Shown: one piece after another, positions 14,039 to 26,659 of the stretch
How positions within the stretch are numbered: the stretch's first letter is position 1
Layout: each line of letters begins with the position of its first letter
Assembly: GCF_963921235.1 (NCBI RefSeq)
Contig: NC_086097.1
Span: forward strand, 152,832,001 to 152,896,000
Direction: 5' to 3'
Source: Mobula hypostoma
Taxonomy: Eukaryota
DNA: 64,000 nucleotides
The notes under the pieces: generated by a model
Databases searched by the model: none
Seen by the model: only the letters and a program-made list of their open reading frames with translations
What the model was told of the DNA's origin: nothing
Made by a program: the position numbers and the translations under genes

Positions 14039-14135
14039 AGTCCTGACGAAGGGTCTCAGCCTGAAACATCGACTGCACCTCTTCCTAGAGATGCTGCCTG
14101 GCCTGCTGCATTCACCAGCAACTTTTATGTGTGTT
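14039..14135 (+). ncRNA. Penelope pLTR end with minimal type I hammerhead-like core (decayed)
   Basis: AGTC-CTGACGA-AGGGTCTCAGCCT-GAAAC-ATC-GACT. Stem I AGTC/GACT; the GUC triplet has become AUC. Confidence 0.65.
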
Positions 14136-15624
14136 ACATAATGTTGAGCATAAGTATAGTTAACTGGTGGTTCAACACTGTTCTCATGTGCAGGCAATGA
14201 CAGTCTATCAAGTTAACAAGGAGCTCTGGCCTGATATGTTGAAACCTAAGCATCACATTGATGATGACACTAACCCTTGTACCACATAGTTTTGGAAAGT
14301 ACATCTGCTGCATACCCTTGCTTACACACACTATTCAAGAAGAAGGAGATCAATTCCCCTTCCCTTATGCCAATGATATAGTGATGAGGCGCAAACCAGA
14401 ACACCTGACAGATACACCAGGAGTATCCAGAAATCAGGACTGTTACTTTCATTTCTGAAGGCAAGTTGATCCAGCCAGGGTACATTCAGAGGTAAGGGAC
14501 TTTCCTAGCCAGAGACTTTCCTCATTTCCTTCTTCAGCTTTGTCTGAGAAGGAGCACATGTCCTGCACCACATTTCCAGGAGACCTATGACTAAAATGAC
14601 CATTTGTTTGAAAATCAAAAGTTTTACTTAGGGCTGTGCAGAACACTCAGAAAGCTCCCTAGCTCAGAAAATTGAACAGGCTGGTTAGCAACGTCTTTGT
14701 AAAAGTGATGACGAGGACAGATCATTCTCCTTTTCTGCCTTTCTGTCCAACCCAAGACATTAACTGCTTATTGCGTCACTGCAGTAGCAATGTTGGCTGA
14801 AGTCAGGCTTAAATTTGACCATAGCAGATCGTTCAGCCTCCTTGAGCTTCATTATTGAAAGCTCCATTCATACAAAGCATTTACTCATTACACCATTTGA
14901 CATGAACTTCAGAGGTCATCTCCTTATATTATTTATAAGTGTGAAATATATTTTAGAAGACGCTTAAAGTGGCATTTGCTGTCATGATACAATTCCCTTT
15001 TACTGCCATTCACTGCAGTAAATTCATCTTGCAGATAAAAGAACTGTCGGGATTATAACTAGTACTTCTGTGTTATCTGTCAGACTGATACAGTGTACAC
15101 TGCAAACTAAGTTTTATTGAACTGCCACATGTAGGACCATAAACCTTGGTTCTGTCTTCAGAACTGGTTTTATTGACAACATTTATTTTTCTGATGTTAA
15201 TTCATTCAATAGTTCAATAATTTCTTCATTCATTAATTTATCCCCTTACCCTCCATTCATTTTAACTGCTGTTGATATCTTGAAGCAACATACTCATTCA
15301 GTCAATATGTAGCTCTGTCAGCTTTGATGGATCTTGACTTGAGTGTTTCATATCACAAAACTTTTATTTTCAAGTTTAAGTATATACATAAAAGCAGCCT
15401 TCAAAATGTGTGTGGCAGAGCCTACACAGTATTTGGGGACTGTATTCTAAATTGATGTTGTATAGGGACCTCTGTCTGTTTCTTTCGAGGCTGTGGAGAA
15501 ATATTATTTTTTATTTTCTTGCTGTTGACAGTAAATCATGTACTTAAGCAATGAATCCACACACTTATCACACCTGGAAACCACACATAATTTAATTTCA
15601 AGGGTTATGTAGAACATAACTTCT

Positions 15625-18210
15625 AGAAAAGGAGGAAGTCAAGGAGGGATTGTCAACTGAGTCTCTGTGGGTGAAAGTCAGGGAACAGGAAGGGGTCAAT
15701 ATCACTACTAGGTGTTTTTATAGACCACCCAATAGTAACAGGGACATCGAGGAGCAGATAGGGAGACAGATTCTGAAAAGATGCAATAATAACAGTATAG
15801 TCGTGGTGGGAGATTTTAATTACCCCAATATTGATTGGCATCTCCCTAGAGCAAGTGGTTTAGATAGGGGGGAGTTTGTTAGGTGTATTCAGGAAGGTTT
15901 CTTGACATAATATATAAATAAGCCTACAAGATGAGAGGCTGTACTTGATCTGGTTTTGGGAAATGAACGGGTGTCAGGTCTCTCCGTGGGAGAGCATTTT
16001 GAGATAGTGATACAATTCTATCTCCTTTACCATAGCATTGGAGAGGGATAGGAACAGACAAGTTAGGAAAGTGTTTAATTGGAGTAAGGGGAAATATGAG
16101 GCTATCAGGCAGGAACTTGGAAGCATAAATTGGGAGCAGATGTTCGAACGGAAATGTATGGCAGAAATATGCAAACGTTCAGGGGATATTTGCGTGGCAT
16201 TCTGCATAGGTACATTCCAATGAGACAGGGAAAGGTTGGTAGGGGACAGAAACCATGGTGTACAAAGGCTGTTGTAAATCTAGTCAAGAAGAAAAGAAAA
16301 GCTTATGAAAGGTTCAAAAAACTAAGTAATGATAGAGATTTAGAAGATTAGAAGGTTAGCAGGAAGGAGCATAAGAATGAAATTAGGAGAGCCAGAAGGA
16401 GCCATTGAAGGCCTTGGCGGACAGGATTAAGGAAAACCCCAAGGCATTCTACAAGTATGTGAAGAGCAAGAAAATAAGACGTGAGAGAATAGGACTAATC
16501 AAGTGTGACTGTGGAAAGGTGTGTATGGAACTGGAAGAGATAGCAGAGGTACTTAATGGATACTTTGCTTCGATATTCACTACGGAAAAGTATCTTAGCG
16601 ATTGTAGAGATGATTTACAGTGGACTGAAAAGCTTGAGCATATAGACATTAAGAAAGAGGATGTGCTGGAGTTTTTGGAAAGCATCAAGTTCGATAAGTC
16701 GCCGGGACCTGATGAGATGTACCCCAGGCTACTGTGGGAGGCAAGGGAGGAGATTGCTGAGCCTTTGGCGATGATCCTTGGGGTACGAGAGAGTTTCCAG
16801 AGGATTGGAGGGTTGCGAATGTTGTTCCTTTATTCAAGAAAGGGATTAGAGATAGCCCAGGAAATTATAAACCAGTGAGTCTTACTTCAGTAGTTGATAA
16901 GTTGATGGAGAAGATCCTGAGAGGCAACATTTATGAACATTTGGAGAAGTATGATATGATTAGGAGTAGTCAGCATGCCTTACGAACCTGATTGAAATTT
17001 TTGAGAATGTGACTAAACACATTGAAGGAAGAGCAGTAGATGCAGTGTATATGGATTTCAGCAAGGCATTTGATGAGGTACTCCATGCCAGGCTTATTGT
17101 GAAAGTAAGGAGGCATGGGATCGAAGGGGACCTTGCTTTGTGGATCCAGAATTGGTTTGTCTATAGAAGGCAAAGAGTGGTTGTAGACAGGTCATATTCT
17201 GCATGGAGGTTGGAGACCAGTGGTGTGCCTCAGGGATCTGTTCTGGACCCCTTCTCTTCATGATTTTTATAAATGACCTGGATGAGGAAGTGGAGAGATG
17301 GGTTAGTAAATTAGCTGATGACACAAAGTTTGGGCGTATTGTGAATAGTGCGTAGGGCTGTCAGAGGTTATAACGGGACATCGATACGATGCAAAACTGG
17401 ACTGAGAAGTGGCAGGTGGAATTCAATCCAGATAAGTGTGAGGTAGTTCAGTTTTGTTGGTCAAATATAATGGCAGAATATAGTATTAATGTTAAGACTC
17501 TTGACAGTGTGGAGGATCAGAGGGATTTTGGTGTCTGTGTCCGTAGAACGCTCAAAGCTGCTGCACGGGTTGCCTGTGTGGTTAAGAAGGTATACAGTAC
17601 ATTGGCCTTCATCAATCATGGGATTGAGTCCAACAGCTGAGAGGTAATGTTACAGCTATATAGGAAACTGGTCAGACCTCACTTGGAGTACTGTACTAAG
17701 TTCTGGTCACCTCACTACAGGAAGGATGTGGAAACTATAGAAAGGGTGCAGAGGAGATTTACAAGGATGTTGCCTGGATTGGGGAGCATGCTTTACTAGA
17801 ATAGGTTAGTAAAATTGGCTTCTTCTCCTTGGAGTGACGGAGGATGGGAGGTGAACTGATAGAGGTGTATAAGATGATGAGAGGCATTGATCGTATGGAT
17901 AGTCAGAGGCTTTTTCCCAGGGCTGAAATGGCTAACACGAAAAGGCACAGTTTTAAAGTGCTTGGAAGTATGTACATAGGGTTTGTCAGGGATAAATTTT
18001 TAAGGAAAGAGTGGTGAGTGTGTGGAATGGGCTGCTGTCAACTGAGGTGGTGGCAGATACAATAGGGTCTTTTAAGAGACTCCTGGATAGGTACATGGAC
18101 CTTAGAAAAATAGAGGGCTATGGGTAACCCAAGGTAATTTCTAAAGTCAGTACATCTTCAGCAAAGCATTGTGGGCTGAAGGGCCAGTATTGTGCAGTAG
18201 GTTTTCTATC
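15625..18210 (+). mobile_element. 5'-truncated CR1 LINE (APE C-terminus plus RT), multiply disrupted
   Basis: ORF pieces FYRPPNS, VVGDFNYPNIDW, KSPGPDEMYPRLL, YMDFSKAFD, SGVPQGSVL, LADDTK. 3' UTR ends TTCTAT. Same family as 37775-41806. Confidence 0.95.
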
Positions 18211-20467
18211 TATCTTCGATCTATAAAAATAAGTTGTATCATTTCTCAACAGGACTGAAATTCTTAAAGTAGCAGTTGTCAATGAGAGTCATCACTTCAA
18301 ACCAGAAGAGGTGGATTGGAAATAGAAGTGGATACTCTACGCCCTCACAAAATGGCTAATCGTTGTGATGGTGAATTTGGACCCAGGTGAAACATCAGTT
18401 AAGTTGCTCCACCCACCAATTCTTTTCTACCTCCAGACCCGGGAAAAAGAAGGCCTTTCATGAATTCGGAGACATCTTGTCCATTAATGAGGTATCGACA
18501 CTTGATTTCACTGGCTGACTCTCCTGCGAAGGCTCAGCTAAGGGCTGGCCTTCTAATTCATATATAAGCAGACCTGCATCTTCTACGTTAGGCTTGTCCA
18601 TGCATTTGGAAACCATGTGGTTTTTCATTATGTCACTCCAGTTTCCCTGCAGTGATGCATATTGACTGCTGTCACTTCTGTGCACATAACAGACTCCGTT
18701 CAGTCATAAGTGTCAATTGTGCTTTGCTGTTGTTTCACTTTTCAAATCTATTGCATCTCAAGTGAAACAGAAATGTGACCTGCTTGATTTTCCAGGCCCC
18801 CAGATTTGCAAAGGTGGTCAGCGATGAGAGCAGTAATTGGTTTTCATCACATGTTGATGACTGGTATGATGTTATTCTGTGGAATTGCCTGAATAAGATT
18901 ATAATAGTTACCCTGTATGAATTAATTACTTACACACTGTAAATAGTAATTCTTACTTATCAAAGAGGAAATGATAACTTTTAAAAGTAACTGTCCATGC
19001 AAAATTCAGAATTTAACTTACTTTTATCAATAATAGCTGGTGTCATTAATGAGTTGAGTTAATCTCTTGATGATTTTTATATTAAGGGTTAGTTATTGAA
19101 TTAAACAGGTTTTTTTTAGGTATTAGCAGAATCAGTCCAATCTCAGACTTCAATGAAATCTAGAAAACTCAGCATACTGATAACAGTGCGATGACATTGT
19201 TAGATTTCAATTATAAATGTTATTTCTATGAAATGCCTATCATAACAAAGTATTATCTTAATTATTGTAAAGCACTCATATTTATAAAGGAGCTTCTATA
19301 TAAGTAGCATTTCACTGGCTGATTCAACCAAATGGTCTGATACATGCAAATTTAGATTTCTGAGCTGAAAATAACTAGTATTCAAGTAAGGAGCAACATT
19401 ATTAAAATGTATTCAGCATTTTATAACAATTTCATGATGTCCCAAAGCAGATAATAGCCAATTAAATTTAACATATAATCTGTGAGAGAAACATAGTAGG
19501 CAATTTGTACACTTGCAGAGGCCCACGAGTCAACAAGGTAATCTACCAGGTTATTCACTTTAATGATGAAGGCTGAGGGATGAATTTTAGTCTTGGACAT
19601 CATTTATTCTTCAAGATCTCTCTGGCTGAAATGATGGGGAATATTGCATTCAGTTGAGAGGACAAATCAGGCCCTGGTTTAACAATTCCTCCAAAAGTGT
19701 GGTACCAAAGCAATATAATCAAATGAATTTACAGTGCATTTATATCTCAAAAGATAAAGGAATTTTGAAAACAAGAGGCCAATTTTGTTAATGGACATTG
19801 CTGTTATGAATACTTAGTCCTCTGAAATGCATATTAGGAAAATTCCCAACAGCAATGTTCACCAGGTTAAGTAGTGCTGAAGCATAATGTCAAATTAAAA
19901 TTTTATATCAGGCTACTTGAAATGTTGACTTTTCCTTAAATTTTAAACAATAAGTGCCCTTCTGTGACTGAGTGTGACTTGTTAGCATTTATTTTGTCTT
20001 TAAGATAATTTCTGCTTCCTCCATTTTACTTGACGGTGGTTTACATAAAATTATGTCTATTTCAGTTTACAGTATAAATTGTTTACTCCTCCTCTCTCAC
20101 AAGTTAGAACTCCTAGTCAGAGCAGCTCAGTCGCACCTGAGCAATCTGATGTTTCATCTTTTGGCAGTGATCTGCTTTTTCAAATCAACATGAAAAGAAA
20201 ACTATGTCATCAGTTTAAAGAAGAGCAGGATGGGATCTACACCTATTGAACTGGCCAATATTAATCCCTCAGTCAATACCATCAAAACACATGTGATATC
20301 ATTGTTGCATTACTGTTTGCAAGACCATGCCATGAGCAAATTGGCTTCCTCATTTCCTTCATGATCCTGTGACTACATTCCACCTTAGCTGTGGAACATT
20401 TATGGACATCTGAGGTTATAAGAAGTGCTATAAATGAAACAGGGACACCTCTTTTTTTTCCTTATTA

Positions 20468-20795
20468 GGGAGAGAGAGAGCTAGTGTGGTGTGTCAAATT
20501 ACCGGGTGAACGAGTAGTCTTTGGGGTACTGCAGGTCTGCGTCCTTATTGATGCTTCGCTGCATGCTTGAGTGTACACTGGAGGGCAACAATGTTTTTTT
20601 TGCTGGTGGGGTCATTGCTTTGGTGCTACTTGTGCATGGGAGGGGGTAGATTGGGGGTTCTTTAGGGTTCTAACATTTAACTGTCATTCATTCTTTGGAG
20701 CACTCCTCTTTCGTGGATATTTGTGAAGAAAAAGAATTTCATGATGTACATTATATACATTTCTCTGACATTAAAAGTACCTATTAAAACCTATA
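20468..20795 (+). mobile_element. Short non-autonomous retroelement (Rex-like 3' end)
   Basis: Ends AAGAATTTCATGATGTACATTATATACATTTCTCTGACATTAAAAG, similar to the tail at 50530-50585. Confidence 0.5.
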
Positions 20796-21484
20796 TCAGT
20801 ACAATACATTATTATCATCAAATCTAGCTCTGACTTTCTATTAATTAAATGTACCTGTTGAAACTTATATCAATACAACTACATTATTATCACCAAATCT
20901 AGCTCTGATTTTCTATGATCTGCCTGGTAATCAAACTCTGCTCTGAATCAAATGAGCAAAGGTTTTGGCTTGAAAATAAGGTGAGTTTTGATTCATCTGC
21001 ACTGTAGTTATGATTCTATTCTGCCTTGCCAATATGGAAGAGAATGTCAAATCCTTATTTAAACTGAAGTGGCAAACTGCCAGTGTGATCCTTGCTCCTT
21101 GTAAGCAGCTTGTCAATTGTGAGGGTAGGAGAGATTGTGGGGAGAGTGCTGTTTCAACTGCACCATCAGTGGAATGTATAATGTGGTACGGTATTACAGA
21201 GGGACTTATCTTTCTCTTTGGCTCTCTCATCCAAGTGCTCAATCTCAAAGAATTTTTTGCTGCATTAAATTACGAATCATTGATATACCACACTTTATCA
21301 TGATTAATCTCATGGAAAACCTTTTATTCTCCTCCACCTTGCAGAGTGCATTTGAGTGCATTGCCATTAGCATTCACAAATATAAAATAGGATAGAAAGT
21401 AATGTATTGTGATGAATAGTCATTAGCGAGAAATATTAACTCTGCTTGTTCTGCCTGAGTATTTCTATACTTCATTTACATTAT

Positions 21485-21710
21485 AGGTGCTTGTATGTTT
21501 TCCCCATGACTGCAGGGGTTTCCTCCGAATTCTCTGGTTTCCTCACACATTTCAAAAGATGTACGGTTAGGGTTAGTAAGTTGTTGACATACAATGTTGG
21601 CACTGGAAGTGGGGCCACACTTGTAGGCTGCCCCAGAACAATCTTCAGACTGTGTTTGAAATGAGGCATTTCACTGTGCATGTTTCAATGTACATGTGAC
21701 AAATAAAGCT
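21485..21710 (+). mobile_element. 5'-truncated V-SINE/HE1-like SINE
   Basis: GGGTTTCCTCCGAATTCTCTGGTTTCCTCACACATTTCAAAAGA core. Tail ATGTACATGTGACAAATAAAGCTAA, as at 3565-3860. Confidence 0.7.
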
Positions 21711-24700
21711 AAACTAAACTGTCATTTATATCGAATGAATAGCTTTTTCATCAAGTTCAAGATATGGTCAGAAATTTGTTCTTGATTGTTAGGTCAAAAG
21801 ACATGAGTACTCATTGCAGTCCACTTGCAAAATTTCATAAGATTATATTGCAGAGCCACTTTTAAAATTCTGTATTTTACACGAGTAAGAAAGGAAACAC
21901 TTCTATCCAAAAATATATTAATCATCCTCAATGTTGTTTTCAATTTTTGAATGAAGTATGCTGCTAATTTCACATTAATCATTTATTATCAAGCAGCTTG
22001 ATGCCAACTCCCTTTTCTTGGTCGTAGCTTCACCTCAAAACTCTACTCAAGAGTAAGAACACAATCTCACATAAGCATCTAGAGTAGTACTTAATGGATG
22101 CCATGACAATTATAAAAAAAAACATTTTCTTTTGGATAATATGTTAAACTGAATCTGTAGACTGTATATTGCATTTCATGTCCACACATTCTCTCAATGT
22201 AACAAATCAGATATTTTCTCTTAGCTAGTGAGATGAATTGCATGAAGGTTCTGTTTTTATTTCCCCATATTCTAATTCTATTCTATGTCTCAACACGATA
22301 TAAGATGGTATGTTCTTTGCAGAGGTGGGGATTGGAAGCTGGTTATAATTTTGATGTTCATTGCTGAGATAGTATGGATAGTTCTGCTGATTCCATTTTC
22401 TTCATGCTCAGTGAGAATATCTGGAGGTTTAAAATAGACTACTGAGACACCATCATCCATTTCAGACCACTGCATAGTTAAAACTATTCTTGCAAGCATT
22501 AAGAAATATGCAGTGTCTAATTATATTGCTACTGTACTGATAAACTAAGCACATTCCCGAACATAAGTTATCAATTATTCAATAGAGTATCCAGGTGCTT
22601 GCAAATAATGATTGTGTTATATTATTCTTTTAACAGTATGTAAATATTCTACTCAACTAATTACAGTTTAATGGTCCATTTTGCAGTTTGTACTGTTTAA
22701 CCATCAAGGAACTTACTTACATAGAACTGTTAGATCTACTGTAAAAGACTAAATACTTTCTTCTTTGCCTCCCTTTACCCTGGCAGTTGGGTGATGCAGT
22801 AATAATACAGTTATAAACATCTTATAAGAAATCTCTATCATTCAGTCTACCATAAAATCACATGTTTAGCAAATGCCTTAAGATAGAAGGATCTATTTAG
22901 CTGTTCCTCACAAATATAAAGCATCCAATAAGATTCATGGCTCAAGCATTGTACCCCAAAAATCCTGTTGAAAGTATCTTCTAATTTTGCATTTGAATGA
23001 AACAAACTTACCTGTTCCTTACATTTCCCCATTGGAAGCCTGCTTCGTATATTTACCATCAAATAATTTGTTTTATTCCTGGTTGATTTACACTTTACAT
23101 TTCAAACATATATTTAGCCCTTTGGTTCTATTACCTTGAACAAAGTAAAGCAACTTATTCTGATCTACATTTTCTAATCCTAAAAAGAACATACATATCA
23201 TCTCTTAACCTTCCACTTAATTGTTAATTGAGGCACTGGAAGTAAATATGCAGGTGAATGAACTGAAAATCCATGGTCTATCTGGGGCACTCCATCCATA
23301 AAACCTGACTTTGGAACCCTTCATATTTCCACAAGAATGGTCACTATTAAATTAAAGACATAATTCTGCCGATCTAACACTCCTTTGCAGGAACTCTAAA
23401 TTTATCCTCTATTCAGTTACCCTTTCAATCTAATCTTGTTCCAAAAATAGAAATTGGCATCACTTATTCATTAGTTGCTCATTGCTTCATTTTGCAATTT
23501 TGGTGATGCTCTCTTCAATGGGTTTAGAATCCTAAAATAATGTTTTTTTAAAATCAAGATTTCCTTTGTATCTTAGAAGGGCATTTCTAAAACAGCCACA
23601 TATGGACTGCCTAAGTGTTTTAGTATTTTTGATTTGTCTATTCTAACTGGGTATGTCAGAAGACTATAGACCAATATATCTATGCTGGAAATAGGGACAG
23701 TGTTTGAATTACATGTAAAATCAAATTTGCAGAAAACTTACAGTAGGACACTAGCAAGTTACTTACCTCAATGAAATTAACCCTTCACTCTGAGAAAATA
23801 GTTTGTTGAAACTCCACATCAAGCTTTGAGCTTCTTACCATCGGGTTCTATTCATTCAATAAAAGCTTAAATGAGTCCAATGATCAGAGAAAACAGAGTT
23901 CCTCCAAGTTCATATCCCCATGTCAAGAAAATAAAATGTTATTAGTCTTCTTGTCATCACTATTTGTGGAATCATTCTTTGCAAACAATATCAACATATT
24001 AGCTATCTAAGAAAAGGCATGTTACTTCAAGAATGTAACTGTGGAAGTAATAACATGTTGTATAAATACAGATTTCTCTTAACGTGTACCCCCTTATTTG
24101 AAGTAAAATTAATTGCTACTAAAAATCTACATGACAGTCCCAAATGGTTAATTCTTTTATTTTTAATAAGAGACATTGTGCTTAAAATCAAATACAATTG
24201 ACAAAATTTCAGTAATTGTTGCCCTAAATATTCAAACATCAATTTAATATCAGCAAGTTATTATTAAAAATATTGATTTTATTTAGTATCTTCAGTTATA
24301 TGGTGGTTTGTAAGAAAAAAGTTATTTTCTTGGAAGCAATTAAAGCTTAGAAGAAAAGTGAAAGAAATCAATTTGTTGTGGTAAGGTCAATTTTTGATTG
24401 CAGTTCTGAAAATCATAACCATTCCCTTAGGATAGAATTACTTTTCATATTTTTTTTGAATTTTGAGGCCAAAGTAGAACTTTATTTTGATAAGTTCTAC
24501 ACTTTCTTTTGTATGAGTTGTCCCCTCATTACAACAGATTAAGTAATGGGAATCTGTCCTTAAAGAATTTACAAATTCTTACCCAAAAATTTGAGATATG
24601 GAATAAAATTCACTCTCACAGAATTAATGTGCAAAACAAACAAAAACAATCAATAACATTTTTTCTTCCAACTCTTGTTTCTTGTCACAGTCACTGATGT

Positions 24701-24884
24701 CACAGCTGTGTAATGGAATACTGTGATACAAATCATTTTCTGTGCTCTGCTTTTGTGCAGTTCAATTCTGCTGTTCAGAACGAGAACCTTGGTCAGCTAG
24801 CTTCAGAAGTTATTCAATGGGTATGTAGAAAAGGTTTTAGGATATTTTTAAAGAAACATAAAGCATAAGTTATAAACCAATTAA

Positions 24885-25765
24885 ATCAATGTCGCTTACT
24901 TGGATTTTTAGTAGGGCTTTGTCAAGGTGCCACACATGAGGCTGCTTAACGAGACAAGAGCCCATAGAATTACAGGAAAGAAACACGCATGGATAGAAGA
25001 TTGGCTGAGTGGCAAGAGGCAAAGAGTAGGAATAAAGGGGGCTTTTCCTGATTGGCTCCTCGCGACTAGTGGTATTCTGCAGGCGTCAGTGTTGGGTCTG
25101 CTTCTTTTCATACTTAAGGTAAATAAACTGATGATGGAATTGATGGTCTGCGGCAATGTTTGCAGACAATACAAAGATAGGTGGGAGGGCAAGTAGAGTT
25201 CAGGAACAGGGAATCCACAACAGTGGTCCCCAGCCTCCGGGCTGTGGACTGATACTTTGCTGCGAAGAATGCAGTGGTGCAGCGGTAGTCGGAATGCACC
25301 CAGCACATCTTTAAGAAAAAAGTCAAAATAAACAAGCTAATTAATTAGGTGCCACCCGGTACGTAAATGTCGGCCCAGATCAGAGGCGATGCATTCTCTA
25401 AACTGGGAGCAATTTCAGAAATCAGAGGTGCAAAGGGAAGATTCACTAAAGGTTAATTTGCAGATTGAGATGGTGGTAAGGAAAACAAATGCAATGCTGA
25501 CATTTATTTCAAGAGGACTAGAATGTAAAGGCAAGGATGTGATGCTGAGGCTTTATATGGTATTGGTCAGACAGTACTTGGAATATCGTGACCATTTTTG
25601 GGCACCTTATCTAAGAAAGGATGTGTTGGCATTGGAAATGGTCCAGAAAAGGTTCATGAGAATGTTCCCAAGAATGAAAGGGTTAACATATCAAGAGTTT
25701 TTGATGATTCTAGGCTGGAGTTTAGAAGAATGAAGGATAATCTCATTGAAACCTAATGAATATTG
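24885..25765 (+). mobile_element. CR1 RT fragment interrupted by a hAT MITE end (~25221-25390)
   Basis: KVPHMRLL...WIEDWLSGKRQRV, SGILQASVLG, LVRQYLEY..FWAPYLRKD. Insert begins CAGTGGTCCCCAGCC (Charlie-type TIR). Confidence 0.8.
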
Positions 25766-25769
25766 AATT

Positions 25770-26587
25770 CATTTGATTCACAAAGATTCAACATTCTCTT
25801 ACCCTATGTCACCTCTTTCTATAATTCCACCTCTTACCAACAGAGCCACACCACTGCCAGTGTATTCCTGCCTGTTCTTTCAATACAAAACATATCCTTT
25901 GATGTAAAGCTCCCAACTACGGCCTTCTTTCAGCCACAACTCAGTGATGCCCACAACATCATACCGACCAATCTCTAATTACACCACAAGTTCATCCACC
26001 TTATTTCAAATGCTACGCACATTTAAATACTGCATTTTTAGTACTGCATTCTTCAACATTTTGAATTTTGCTTCTGTTGTGCAATTTAACTCTTTGCTCT
26101 GTCTGCATTTTTACCCAGTCATTGGCTTGTCCTTCCTTACATTCATGTTACACCCATCATTTATTTGTAAACCTGCTGGCTCATCCTCGGCTCTATCTTC
26201 CTGGTTCCCATCGCCCGCCATATTAGCTTAAACCACTTCCAACAGTTCTTGTAAATCTACCCGCAAGAATATTGGTACCTCTTGGATTCAAGTGCAACTC
26301 ATCATTTTTATACAAGTCACACCTGCCCCAGAAGAGGTCCCAATTATCCAGAAGTCTGAATGCCTGCCCACTGTTCCAATTCTTCAGCCACACATTTATC
26401 CGCCACCTCATTCTATTCCTTTCCTCACTGTCACGTGGCACAGGCAGCAATCCGAGATTACTCTCCTTGAGATCCTGCTTTTCAGCTTCCTTCCTAACTC
26501 CCTGTATTCTGTTTTCAGGACATCCTCCCTTTTTAAACCTCTGTCGTTGATACCAATATGTACCACGCCTTCTGGCTGTTCACCCTC
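25770..26587 (-). mobile_element. CR1 fragment (ORF1 esterase end and ORF2 start), target of the Gypsy insertion
   Basis: EGEQPEGVVHIGIND and WDLFWGRCDLYKNDELHLNPRGTNILAGRF, homologous to 38105-38815. Confidence 0.85.
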
Positions 26588-26659
26588 TGTTATGATATAC
26601 TTGTACATGCACTTGTGAGCAGACGATTAAAGTTGGTGCAAATGCGTCATTGTTTTTAT
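26588..26659 (+). mobile_element. Truncated third copy (first ~72 bp) of the Gypsy LTR
   Basis: TGTTATGATATACTTGTACATGCACTTGTGAGCAGACGATTAAAGTTGGTGC matches 31082 and 34910. Confidence 0.95.

Noticed and set aside
20931..24700. Assorted 60-105 aa ORFs in AT-rich unique DNA
   Set aside because: Lengths and composition are consistent with chance; no domain was recognised.
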